From an uncultured Nitrosopumilales archaeon (GTDB lineage Archaea > Thermoproteota > Nitrososphaeria > Nitrososphaerales > JACAEJ01), in contig CAYMHC010000001.1 in the NCBI GenBank assembly GCA_964390155.1, positions 1 through 30,911 on the forward strand: DNA of 30,911 bases. The letters are read 5' to 3'. The position numbers and the translations under genes were made by a program. The notes under the pieces were generated by a model, which was given only the letters and a program-made list of their open reading frames with translations, searched no databases and was not told where the DNA came from. Below, piece by piece: positions 7,597 through 16,248 of this stretch. How positions within the stretch are numbered: the first letter of the stretch is position 1; the number at the start of each line of letters is the position of its first letter.

Positions 7597-9270
7597 ATGG
7601 CAGAATTATCATATGGAAGGACAGCGGGTGGACAGCAAGTCCTTATTTTGAAGGAAGGAACCTCCCAAAGTCGTGGAAGACAGGCTCAGCGCAACAACAT
7701 TATGGCAGCCAAGCTGATTGCTGAAGTAGTAAAGTCAACTTTAGGTCCCAGAGGCATGGACAAGATGCTCGTAGATAGCATGGGAGATGTCACAATAACC
7801 AACGATGGAGCTACCATACTGAAGGATATCGACGTTCAGCATCCAGCAGCAAAGATGTTGGTGGAGATTGCCAAGACAACCGACAACGAGGTGGGCGATG
7901 GGACAACTTCAGCCGTGGTTGTGGCTGGAGCACTCCTTGGGAACGCCGAAGAGCTCATCGATAAGGGTGTGCATCCAATAGTCATCGTTGACGGTTACAG
8001 GAAGTCTGCAGCTGAAGCGCGGAAGATACTGGATAAAATATCGATCAAGGTTCAGCCGACTGACACGGCAACCCTGACCAAGGTCGCAAGGACGAGCATG
8101 GGTTCAAAGCTTATCTCAAATGAAAGCGCAGTTTTGGCCGGTCTCCTCGTCGACGCTCTCCTCCAAGTTGCTGAAAAGGCAGAAGAAGGCAAATACAAGG
8201 TCGATGTTGAAAACGTCAAGGTTGAGAAGAAAGCTGGAGCCTCGCTGAAAGACACTACGCTTGTAAGAGGCGTGATCCTGGACAAAGAAGTGGCGCATAC
8301 AGGCATGCCAAAACTGGTACATAAGGCAAAGATAGCTCTCGTGAACTCACCTCTTGAAATCGAGAAGACGGAGTTCGATGCAAAGATCAACATCAACAAC
8401 CCAGAGCAGATCAAATTGTTCCTCGACGAAGAGACAAGGATGCTTGAGGACATGGTGGAGAAGATATCTAAATCAGGAGCGAACGTCCTCGTCTGCCAGA
8501 AGGGCATCGACGATGTCGCCCAACACTACTTGGCAAAGGCAGGCATTTTGACTGTAAGAAGAGTGAAGGAATCAGACATCACCAAACTGGCCAAGGCCAC
8601 AGGCGCAAGGGTTGTGACAGGTCTTGACGGCCTGTCGAAGGATGACCTTGGGCAAGCTGATCTAGTCGAAGAGAGGAAAGTTGAGGAGGACAAATGGGTG
8701 TTCGTCGAGGGCTGCGAGAACCCCAAAGCGGTGACAATACTCATCAGAGGTGGAAGCCAGAGAGTCGTCGACGAAGCGGAACGATCAGTGCACGATGCTA
8801 TCATGGTTATCAAGGATGTTCTCGAGAAGCCCGCCATCGTCGGCGGAGGAGGCGCTGTGGAAGAAGAATTGTCTCATCACCTGATGAAGTGGTCAACTAC
8901 TTTGCCGGGGAGAGAACAACTTGCAGCACAGAAGTATGCCGAAGCTCTGGAATCAATCCCGCTTACGTTGGCTGAAAACGCGGGCTTCAATCCAATAGAC
9001 ATACAGGTGGAATTGAGAGAGAAGCATGGAGCGGGTAAAATATGGTATGGTGTCGATGTACTGGGAAGTGGAGTACAAGACCTGTACAACAAGGACATAA
9101 TCGAACCGGCATGCGTTAAAGAGCAGATAATCACGTCAGCAACCGAATGTGCTTGCATGGTTCTCAGGGTTGATGATGTGATTGCTGGGAGCAAGATGAA
9201 GACACCACCAATGCCTCCAGGTGGAGGAGGCATGGGCGGAATGGGTGGTGGAATGGGAGGAATGGAGTGA
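7597..9270 (+). CDS. ths: Thermosome (group II chaperonin) subunit
   Basis: [28 protein letters not shown] and GGGAVE motifs; C-terminal GGM tail. Confidence 0.98.
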   Translation: MAELSYGRTAGGQQVLILKEGTSQSRGRQAQRNNIMAAKLIAEVVKSTLGPRGMDKMLVDSMGDVTITNDGATILKDIDVQHPAAKMLVEIAKTTDNEVGDGTTSAVVVAGALLGNAEELIDKGVHPIVIVDGYRKSAAEARKILDKISIKVQPTDTATLTKVARTSMGSKLISNESAVLAGLLVDALLQVAEKAEEGKYKVDVENVKVEKKAGASLKDTTLVRGVILDKEVAHTGMPKLVHKAKIALVNSPLEIEKTEFDAKININNPEQIKLFLDEETRMLEDMVEKISKSGANVLVCQKGIDDVAQHYLAKAGILTVRRVKESDITKLAKATGARVVTGLDGLSKDDLGQADLVEERKVEEDKWVFVEGCENPKAVTILIRGGSQRVVDEAERSVHDAIMVIKDVLEKPAIVGGGGAVEEELSHHLMKWSTTLPGREQLAAQKYAEALESIPLTLAENAGFNPIDIQVELREKHGAGKIWYGVDVLGSGVQDLYNKDIIEPACVKEQIITSATECACMVLRVDDVIAGSKMKTPPMPPGGGGMGGMGGGMGGME

Positions 9271-9285
9271 AGAGGCGTCCTAGAA

Positions 9286-9423
9286 ATGAACCAGGTCTCG
9301 ACATGCAGGTTCTGTGAAATGGAGATTGTTTGGACGCGTAGCGCAAATGGATACTGGCACCCATTCAATCACAGCGGAAATCCTCGCCACTGTGCGTCGT
9401 GGCGAACTACGCCCTACAGCTGA
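9286..9423 (+). CDS. Unannotated 45-aa putative zinc-binding microprotein (MNQVSTCRFCEMEIVWTRSANGYWHPFNHSGNPRHCASWRTTPYS)
   Basis: Translated by hand: ATG 9286 to TGA 9421-9423, 15 nt after the thermosome stop, AGAGG upstream; CxxC...W...G.W.P.N..G..RHC ligand pattern. Confidence 0.7.
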   Translation: MNQVSTCRFCEMEIVWTRSANGYWHPFNHSGNPRHCASWRTTPYS

Positions 9424-9667
9424 TATTCACTCTGTTTACGTGAGAACTGCAAATGAGGATATCTACGCTGGAGTTTGCGGTTACTCAGAGATGGAGGGAG
9501 CGTTGGTTCGTGAGGGGCTGAAGCCGCCGGGTCCGTAGTTGCCCGAGCCTAACTACGCAGATCTAGTACCCATAACTCAAAACGCTTAAAGAATAGAGTG
9601 ATGGGGGCATGGTTCCCGCTCTCATAGGTTGGGAAAACTATAGACTTTTATAGTCGGATTTTGAGGG

Positions 9668-9675
9668 TTTAAATA
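9668..9675 (+). promoter_or_regulatory. TATA box (TTTAAATA) of the rnp1-rps8 ribosomal block
   Basis: Consensus archaeal TATA 25 nt before ATG 9701. Confidence 0.6.
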
Positions 9676-9700
9676 CCATTCATATATATAGGGGTTAGAG

Positions 9701-9973
9701 ATGAGGATTACGCCTGCCACGATCAAGTTCCATGAATTGATAGGGCTGGAGGCCCGTATCTTCAAGAGTAGCGACCTTACTATAAAGAATGTTTCAGGTA
9801 AAGTTGTTGATGAGACCAGAAATACTCTGAAGCTTTATGTTAAAGATAAGATAAAGATAGTGCCAAAGGTCCAAACTACATTCGTCTTCAAGTTGCCAGA
9901 TAGCAGTAAAGTGAAGGTTCATGGTTCTTTGCTCGTGGGAAGGCCCGAGGATAGACTGGGAAGGTTCAAGTGA
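9701..9973 (+). CDS. rnp1: Ribonuclease P protein component 1 (Rpp29/Pop4)
   Basis: HELIGL...SGKVVDETRNTL..IVPK..F.F...V.G..L.GRPEDRL family pattern; conserved position before rps17. Confidence 0.93.
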   Translation: MRITPATIKFHELIGLEARIFKSSDLTIKNVSGKVVDETRNTLKLYVKDKIKIVPKVQTTFVFKLPDSSKVKVHGSLLVGRPEDRLGRFK

Positions 9974-9977
9974 AAAT

Positions 9978-10301
9978 ATGAGGAACCTAGGTATAGATGT
10001 CAAACCGCCTACAAAATCTTGTAATGATATTTTTTGCCCCTTTCACGGTTCATTAAGTATAAGGGGTAGGGTCTTAGAAGGAAAGGCTGTTGGCTTAAAG
10101 GCCAAAAACATGGCAATAGTTGAGAGAGAGTATCTGCACTTTGTGAAGAAATATATGAGGTACGAGAAACGTAGTAGTAGGATCCATGCCCACATGCCAC
10201 CATGCCTTGGGGTGAGTGAAGGAGATCCCGTGAAGATAGCGGAGTGTAGACCTTTAGCAAAGACGGTATCCTTTGTGGTCATCGAAAAGCTAGGTGGATG
10301 A
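9978..10301 (+). CDS. rps17: 30S ribosomal protein uS17
   Basis: RNLGIDVKPP..C.D..CPFHGSL.IRGR..KYMRYEKR..AECRPL.KTVSFVV. Start at ATG 9978 rather than the ORF-track start 9921. Confidence 0.97.
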   Translation: MRNLGIDVKPPTKSCNDIFCPFHGSLSIRGRVLEGKAVGLKAKNMAIVEREYLHFVKKYMRYEKRSSRIHAHMPPCLGVSEGDPVKIAECRPLAKTVSFVVIEKLGG

Positions 10302-10738
10302 GTATGTCGAAGAAATCTCGTGCCGTTTCGGCAAAGGGCGTAGAAGAGTTCAAGCTCTACATCACTAGAGCCTTACCAGTATATTCTGTATTGACTTGTG
10401 CAGACAATACAGGAGCAAAGACTCTGAGGGTGGTACAGGTTACAGGGTACAAGGGCAGGTTGAGGCGAATTCCTTCTGCCTGTATTGGAGATTACATCAT
10501 AACCGTGGTGAAAAAGGGCCCCCCTGAATTGAAGAAGCAGACTTTTGGAGCAGTGGTGATTAGACAAAAGTACCCCATAAGAAGGATAAGCGGGTTAAGA
10601 GTTATGTTCGAAGACAACGCTGCTGTGATAGTTACTCCTGAAGGAGAGTTGAAGGGTACAGATATAAAAGGGCCTGTAGCGGCAGAAGCAGCAGAGCGTT
10701 GGCCGAGAATAGCAAATTTAGCGAGCATAATAGTTTGA
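10298..10738 (+). CDS. rpl14: 50S ribosomal protein uL14
   Basis: CADNTGAK, FEDNAAV and KGPVAAEAAERWPRIA motifs. Confidence 0.98.
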   Translation: MSMSKKSRAVSAKGVEEFKLYITRALPVYSVLTCADNTGAKTLRVVQVTGYKGRLRRIPSACIGDYIITVVKKGPPELKKQTFGAVVIRQKYPIRRISGLRVMFEDNAAVIVTPEGELKGTDIKGPVAAEAAERWPRIANLASIIV

Positions 10739-10750
10739 TAGGCGATCCTT

Positions 10751-11113
10751 GTGTCATCGAAACCATCCAAGGTAAGAAAAAGACTCTTTGAAGCTCCTGC
10801 CCATTTCAGATCCAAACAGTTCTCTTCACATCTTTCCGATGAGTTACATTCAAAACATAGAACAAGATCGTTAAGAGCTAGAAAGGGCGATACCGTGAAG
10901 ATAATGAGAGGCGAGTACAAAGGAATAGAAGGCAAAGTGGCTGGATTGGATATGATGACTGGAAGGATAACTATAGAAGGCGTTACTCGTGGAAAAGTAG
11001 CAGGCGGCACTGTACCGATAAAGATTCATCCATCCAAAGTTGTAATCATGAGCTTGAACTTGGATGATAAATTGAGAAAGAATAAGTTAGAAGCGCGTCA
11101 AAAGGAGGCTTGA
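10751..11113 (+). CDS. rpl24: 50S ribosomal protein uL24
   Basis: SSKPSKVRK, RKGDTVKIMRG and IHPSKVVI motifs; GTG start. Confidence 0.97.
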   Translation: MSSKPSKVRKRLFEAPAHFRSKQFSSHLSDELHSKHRTRSLRARKGDTVKIMRGEYKGIEGKVAGLDMMTGRITIEGVTRGKVAGGTVPIKIHPSKVVIMSLNLDDKLRKNKLEARQKEA

Positions 11114-11115
11114 GG

Positions 11116-11847
11116 ATGACAAAGAAGGGTGGAGATAAGAGTACCAAGAGATCGAAGGCTCCGGCCTTCTGGAAGATTCCAAGAAAGAGACTGTGCTTTA
11201 CTATAACGGTACCTCCGGGACCACATCCTAAAGAAGAGAGTTACCCTATCGCTGTCCTCATTCGAGATGTATTGGGATTAGTCAAAAATTACAGAGAGGC
11301 GAAGAATGCCATTATGGAAGGGAAGATATTAGTCGATGGAATTTCTAGAAGGGAGCCTGATTTTCCTGTAGGCTTGATGGATGTCGTTGAAATACCTTCT
11401 ATTGATAAGATCTTCAGGTTAGTTCCAATTCCTGGTAAACCTCTTCATCCTGTAGTTATCAATAAGTCCGAAAAATCTCTGAAACTGTGCAAGGTCAAGG
11501 TGAAGGAGACTGTCAGGGATGGGCGTATTCAATATGGATTTCACGATGGCAGGTCCGTCCTTGCTGAGAATGGAATCAGGCTAAATCTAGGAGATACTTG
11601 CTTGATGGAAATACCATCCCAAAAAGTCGTGAAATCCGTAAGGTTAGAGAAAGATAAATTGGCCATCATAACCAGAGGGGCGAAAGTTGGCCAATTTGGC
11701 AAAATCGAACAATTGAAACTCGGTACCTTCTCTCGTCCTAGAATGGTCGCCCTTTCGATCGGAGGCGTATCAACAGAGCTACCATCTGATGTAGTCTTTG
11801 TAGTCGGTGAGAAAAATCCTTTGATCACCATTAGTGGGGGAGTTTAG
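11116..11847 (+). CDS. rps4e: 30S ribosomal protein eS4
   Basis: KRSKAP.FW.I, PGPH, LVDG..R....FPVGLMDV and FHDGR motifs; AGGAGG SD before ATG 11116. Confidence 0.97.
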   Translation: MTKKGGDKSTKRSKAPAFWKIPRKRLCFTITVPPGPHPKEESYPIAVLIRDVLGLVKNYREAKNAIMEGKILVDGISRREPDFPVGLMDVVEIPSIDKIFRLVPIPGKPLHPVVINKSEKSLKLCKVKVKETVRDGRIQYGFHDGRSVLAENGIRLNLGDTCLMEIPSQKVVKSVRLEKDKLAIITRGAKVGQFGKIEQLKLGTFSRPRMVALSIGGVSTELPSDVVFVVGEKNPLITISGGV

Positions 11848-11849
11848 AA

Positions 11850-12386
11850 TTGTCCAGCACTCAGTCAATGGATGCAGCTGAAAACATAATGCGCGAAATC
11901 AAGATAGGTAAAGCAGTGCTTAACATAGGGGTTGGCAAATCGGGCGATGTTCTAGAGAAGGCAAAAAAGATTCTAAAGGATTTGTCGAATCAAAAACCTA
12001 GCTCTAGAAAGGCAAAAAAAACAGTGCGTGACTTTGGCATTCATAAGGGGGAATCCATAGCCGCTATGGTTACCCTTCGTGGCGATAACGCTTTGAAAAC
12101 CCTCAAACGTCTCTTGGCTGCAAAAGGGATGAAACTCCCTGTCTCATCCTTTGATGAGAGAGGAAATTGTTCTTTTGGGATAAAGGAGCATATAGAAATA
12201 CCGGGCATGAAGTACGACCCGGATGTAGGAATATTTGGCCTGAACGTATCCATTTTGCTAGAGAGGCCCGGTTACAGAGTCTCAAGGCGCAGAAGAGCAA
12301 GATCGAAAAAGGGCAAGAGCCATTTGGTTACTAGAGACGAAACCATCAAATTCTTCAGAGAGACCGTGGGGGTTGAGGTCTCCTAA
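11850..12386 (+). CDS. rpl5: 50S ribosomal protein uL5
   Basis: [36 protein letters not shown] and RPGYRV motifs. Start is TTG 11850 or ATG 11868. Confidence 0.97.
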   Translation: MSSTQSMDAAENIMREIKIGKAVLNIGVGKSGDVLEKAKKILKDLSNQKPSSRKAKKTVRDFGIHKGESIAAMVTLRGDNALKTLKRLLAAKGMKLPVSSFDERGNCSFGIKEHIEIPGMKYDPDVGIFGLNVSILLERPGYRVSRRRRARSKKGKSHLVTRDETIKFFRETVGVEVS

Positions 12387-12550
12387 TGGTCAAAATTAGA
12401 CACGGAAAGTCAAGAAAGTCTGGAAAGGGTTCTAGATCCTGCAAAAGGTGTGGCCAGTATGGGCCCGTTATACAAAAGTATAATATAATGCTTTGCAGAC
12501 AGTGCTTTAGAGAAGTTGCTGAAAAGTTTGGCTTCAGAAAGTTTGAGTGA
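12386..12550 (+). CDS. rps14: 30S ribosomal protein uS14 (54 aa, Zn-binding), absent from the ORF track
   Basis: Translated by hand: [54 protein letters not shown]; CxxC..CxxC; lies between rpl5 and rps8. Confidence 0.96.
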   Translation: MVKIRHGKSRKSGKGSRSCKRCGQYGPVIQKYNIMLCRQCFREVAEKFGFRKFE

Positions 12551-12948
12551 TGATCATGCCCGCGAAGAATGTTCTAGCTAACCTATTTTCGACAATTCAC
12601 AATAACGAAATCAGGAAGAAAAAGGAATGCCTTGTCATACCTGCCTCAAAGCTTGCCAACGAAGTCCTGAGGACTATGCAAAAATACAAATACGTAGGGG
12701 AGTTTGAGTACATAGATGACGGTCTATCAGGTAAGCTAAGGATTCAGCTTCTAGGAAGGATCAACAAATGTGGTGTCATATCGCCCAGGTTCTCTGTCAA
12801 GAAAGATCGTTATGGCGACTGGGAGCGTAGATTTCTACCAGCTATAGGTAGCGGAATAATGATAGTATCTACTCCAAATGGCGTTATGTCCCATAATGAA
12901 GCCATGAACACCGGTCTAGGTGGAAGACTTATAGGATTCGTATACTGA
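12550..12948 (+). CDS. rps8: 30S ribosomal protein uS8
   Basis: GEFEYIDDG..GK, LLGRINKCG.ISPRF, IVST..GVM.H.EA and GGRLIGFVY motifs. Start is 12550 or 12556. Confidence 0.97.
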   Translation: MIMPAKNVLANLFSTIHNNEIRKKKECLVIPASKLANEVLRTMQKYKYVGEFEYIDDGLSGKLRIQLLGRINKCGVISPRFSVKKDRYGDWERRFLPAIGSGIMIVSTPNGVMSHNEAMNTGLGGRLIGFVY

Positions 12949-12959
12949 TTATCCTGATT

Positions 12960-12967
12960 CTTAAATA
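12960..12967 (+). promoter_or_regulatory. Putative TATA box (CTTAAATA) of the ABC exporter genes
   Basis: Lies in the 50-nt gap after rps8, about 31 nt before ATG 12999. Confidence 0.45.
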
Positions 12968-12998
12968 AGCATTATATTTCTAGACAAATAAGAACATC

Positions 12999-14003
12999 AT
13001 GATGGATGCTATCATTGCTATCGATCTCACAAAGACCTTCTTGACCAAGAAGAGAGGGGGTAGGTTGCCCTTTACAGGAAAGAAGGCAGAAATAAAAGCC
13101 TTGGATGGACTTAGCTTAAGAATCAAAGAAGGAGAGATAGTAGGGCTACTGGGTCCAAACGGAGCTGGCAAGACTACCTTGATCAAGATTTTGAGCACTC
13201 TCTTGATCCAAGATAGCGGAACTGCGAAGGTAAACAGTTATGATACTCTAAAAGAGCCCATTAGGGTTAGAGAAAGTATTGGTGTCATGCTGACGGGCGA
13301 GAGAAGTCTTTACTGGAAGCTAACAGGTAGAGAGAACTTGCTTTACTTCTCAAAACTTTATCACGTGCCAAAAGATTTGGCAAGGCAAAGAATAGACGAT
13401 CTTTTAGCTCTAATTGGTCTGGAAGAGAAAGCCGACGAGCTTGTTGAAAACTATTCATCAGGGCAAAGGGTAAGGTTGAGCTTCGCAAAAGCCTTGGTCA
13501 ACGATTCACCCATAATTTTCTTCGATGAACCTACCATGAGCTTAGATCCCCAATTCTCGAGGCGCATACGCAGTACTATAAGATGGCTTAACAAAGAAAA
13601 AGGCAAGACTATTCTCTTAGCAACCCAGAATATGTTCGAGGCAGACGAGTTATGTCATATTGTTTCCATAATTAATCAAGGAAAGATCGTTGTAACAGGA
13701 TCGCCAAGTGAACTGAAGGCCAAGCTTTTGGAAAAAAGAAGCATAAAGGTGACAGCTCGCAACCTCCCTCTGAAGGAGATCTATCACGCAAACCTTTCAA
13801 ATGACGTAAAATGGACTGTGGAAGAAGTCGATGATGGACAGTCTGTTATGTTGCAAGCAATTGTTGAAGATGATGAAGGGGCCCTCTCTGAATTACTTGA
13901 TGTGATTGCAAGATATAGTGGAAAAGTGGTAAACGTGATTGTGAGTGAGCCTAGCTTGGAGGACGTATTCCTTGAGTTCACGGGAAGGGGTCTTATTGGT
14001 TAG
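12999..14003 (+). CDS. ABC-2/DrrA-NodI-type exporter ATP-binding protein
   Basis: Walker A GPNGAGKT, signature YSSGQ, Walker B IIFFDEPT, switch TQN; C-terminal PSLEDVFLEFTG. Confidence 0.93.
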   Translation: MMDAIIAIDLTKTFLTKKRGGRLPFTGKKAEIKALDGLSLRIKEGEIVGLLGPNGAGKTTLIKILSTLLIQDSGTAKVNSYDTLKEPIRVRESIGVMLTGERSLYWKLTGRENLLYFSKLYHVPKDLARQRIDDLLALIGLEEKADELVENYSSGQRVRLSFAKALVNDSPIIFFDEPTMSLDPQFSRRIRSTIRWLNKEKGKTILLATQNMFEADELCHIVSIINQGKIVVTGSPSELKAKLLEKRSIKVTARNLPLKEIYHANLSNDVKWTVEEVDDGQSVMLQAIVEDDEGALSELLDVIARYSGKVVNVIVSEPSLEDVFLEFTGRGLIG

Positions 14004-14829
14004 ATCGTTAACGTATTTCTTTGATGGGGTCATTGCTACAGCCTCCAAAGAGCTGAAGATATCCTTAAGATATTCAACATGGATTCTGACCATGTTCGCA
14101 GCTCCTTATGTATTGTCTATTCTGATGCAGACTATAGGAGGGTACGCCGGAGGTTCTAAATCTTATGTTAACTTTTCGGCTTTCACAGGAACACAGAACG
14201 TATTCGTATACCTCGTCTTAGGAAGCCTCCTTTGGATGATGGCTGCTGTAATCATGTGGGACATAGGTCTCTTGCTTAGCAACGAAAGATGGAGAGGAAC
14301 TTTGGAGCAGAACGCCATGGCTCCTGTGTCTTTCATCTCCCTAGCTGTAGGATTCACGATTGCTGACATATTGTTCACTTCACCAGTACTCATCATAGGA
14401 GTTGCTTCGGGCCTTTTGATAGGAGGAGCTTTTACTCTGATCTCTTTCTTTCAGATCTCACTACTATTCATAGTGGGACTTCTTCCACTTTATGGTATGG
14501 GACTACTATTTGGCGCTCTATCCTTCAAAAGCAAGAGGAGTTATTCGATGGTAGGTATGCTCAATACAACCTTGGCTATATTGTCTGGCTCTCTTTATCC
14601 TATAACCATCTTGCCTATTTGGTTACAATTCGTCTCGAACCTAATCCCATTGACTCACGCAACAATCCTTGTTAGAACCTTTTCTCTCTTGCCTCAGTTC
14701 TTTCTAAACGAATCGTGGCGAGTATTGATCCTGATGTTCATGTTGATCGTTTACCCTCTATTGGGCGTATTTGTATTCAATATGACCGATAAGCAAGCTC
14801 GAAGGAAGGGAGACTTTGCCAAATATTAA
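13996..14829 (+). CDS. ABC-2 type exporter permease
   Basis: About six hydrophobic segments; ERWRGTLEQ, SGSLYPITILP and PLTHA motifs; likely TTG start at 13996 after GGAAGGGG. Confidence 0.88.
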   Translation: MVRSLTYFFDGVIATASKELKISLRYSTWILTMFAAPYVLSILMQTIGGYAGGSKSYVNFSAFTGTQNVFVYLVLGSLLWMMAAVIMWDIGLLLSNERWRGTLEQNAMAPVSFISLAVGFTIADILFTSPVLIIGVASGLLIGGAFTLISFFQISLLFIVGLLPLYGMGLLFGALSFKSKRSYSMVGMLNTTLAILSGSLYPITILPIWLQFVSNLIPLTHATILVRTFSLLPQFFLNESWRVLILMFMLIVYPLLGVFVFNMTDKQARRKGDFAKY

Positions 14830-15640
14830 GATACTCAAAGGAATAGCTTCGGATTTGATGACAGCGGCTTGGAAAAACTGGAAGATAAGGATCAGATATC
14901 CTGAATGGCTGGTCTCGGAGCTCATAGATTCGAGCCTTTATTTCATCATGTTCTCAATCGGGGTGCTAATATTTTTACCAAGCTTTTCAAGCGCTCAAAG
15001 TCCTTTGGTAGCAAATTCTTTGGCTTGGGGGTTTGTGTTCATGGTTAATTTTGGGTACTCCATCTGGGACCTAGGATTCTCTTTACAAGGGGAGAATAGA
15101 ACGGGCACTCTTGAGCAGGTATTTGTGACGCCTGCTTCAAGACTCGCTTTCATAGTCGGTAACGGCCTTCAAAGCTTCGTGACAGGGGCTGTACTAATAG
15201 CGATTTTACTGACTTTGATAAGAGTATTAATGGGTATACCCATAATCATACAAAATGCAATTCTATTGATAGCATCCTACTCTCTGATGGTGATTATGAT
15301 GCTTGGATTCGGCATAATCTTTGCTTCCCTAATCTTGCTTTTAAGAACTCCAGAGGGTATAGGAAGTTTGACCTATTTTCTTGTGATGATATTGGCAAGT
15401 GCATTTGTGCCGGCTGCCACCCTACAGGAGCCTCTGAAAACGATAGTATCTCTATTTCCTCTCACTTACCCTATTGATGTAATAAGACACTCTGCCATAG
15501 GTACTCCTACCCTATTTGAGCCCATGCTAGAGCTTTTCTTCACTAGCATGATATCCATAAGTATGTTCTTCTTCGGTCTTTTGACCTTTCGCGTGATCGA
15601 GAGGAGATTAAAGCGCGGGAGCTCTCTGGTGGCCTTTTAA
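14816..15640 (+). CDS. ABC-2 type exporter permease (second paralog)
   Basis: ENRTGTLEQVFVTP and PLTYPIDVIR motifs; multiple TM segments. Confidence 0.88.
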   Translation: MPNIKILKGIASDLMTAAWKNWKIRIRYPEWLVSELIDSSLYFIMFSIGVLIFLPSFSSAQSPLVANSLAWGFVFMVNFGYSIWDLGFSLQGENRTGTLEQVFVTPASRLAFIVGNGLQSFVTGAVLIAILLTLIRVLMGIPIIIQNAILLIASYSLMVIMMLGFGIIFASLILLLRTPEGIGSLTYFLVMILASAFVPAATLQEPLKTIVSLFPLTYPIDVIRHSAIGTPTLFEPMLELFFTSMISISMFFFGLLTFRVIERRLKRGSSLVAF

Positions 15641-15686
15641 GCTACCATCCACATAACTTTGAAATCCTTTTCCTTCGAGATTAACG

Positions 15687-15696
15687 TTTTTATAAA
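15687..15696 (+). promoter_or_regulatory. TATA box (TTTTTATAAA) of the methyltransferase gene
   Basis: 22 nt before ATG 15719, consistent with a leaderless transcript. Confidence 0.55.
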
Positions 15697-15718
15697 TGGC
15701 TTTCTAAACTTTTCATTC

Positions 15719-16246
15719 ATGAATGTTGCCCCGTTTGTCGAATCTCCACAAGATGTAGTAAAGAGAATGTTGGAGCTAGTCAAACCAAAGCGGGATGAAG
15801 TTCTTTACGATATGGGCTCAGGAGATGGGAGAATAGTCATCATGGCAGCAAAGGATTTTGGTGTACTTTGCGTAGGCATAGAAATCCGTGAGGATTTGGT
15901 CAAAAGGGCTAGGAGTGAGATAAAAAGGTTGAACCTAGAAAGCAGAATTAAAGTGATCAACGACGATTTCTTTAGTGTAGATATATCCAATGCCGACATA
16001 GTCACTCTGTATCTTACGACTTCGGCAAATGAGAAGTTGAAACCAAAGCTTGAGAAGGAGCTCAAGAGCAATGCTCGTGTTGTATCCCATGACTACGAGA
16101 TAAGGGGCTGGAAGCCAACAGAAATCACCAGAGACGATCCACCCGGGCATACAATATTTCTTTACGTCTTCGATCCCTTGAAAACTCCACAGCCTGCAAG
16201 TAAGACCTTTTCCTTGTTTTCCTATCAGGAAAGACCCATTCTCTAG
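15719..16246 (+). CDS. Class I SAM-dependent methyltransferase (FAM173/ATPSCKMT-like, possibly protein-lysine)
   Basis: APFVESP..VV.RML, LYDMGSGDGRIV (motif I), VGIE, DIVTLYL and RVVSHDY motifs. Confidence 0.88.
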   Translation: MNVAPFVESPQDVVKRMLELVKPKRDEVLYDMGSGDGRIVIMAAKDFGVLCVGIEIREDLVKRARSEIKRLNLESRIKVINDDFFSVDISNADIVTLYLTTSANEKLKPKLEKELKSNARVVSHDYEIRGWKPTEITRDDPPGHTIFLYVFDPLKTPQPASKTFSLFSYQERPIL

Positions 16247-16248
16247 TT

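Noticed and set aside
9220-9267. GGN-ATG low-complexity repeat
   Set aside because: Encodes the normal GGM chaperonin tail.
9314-9538. 74-aa ORF from the ORF track
   Set aside because: It overlaps the more convincing Zn-finger ORF in another frame and has no recognisable motif.
9424-9700. Search for rpl29, a tRNA or RNase P RNA upstream of rnp1
   Set aside because: No L29-like frame, no cloverleaf with a T-loop/CCA, and no GAGGAAAGUCC-type P4 motif.
13615-13635. ABC switch His replaced by Gln (ATQN)
   Set aside because: Gln at this position is known in functional DrrA-type ATPases, so it is not evidence of inactivation.
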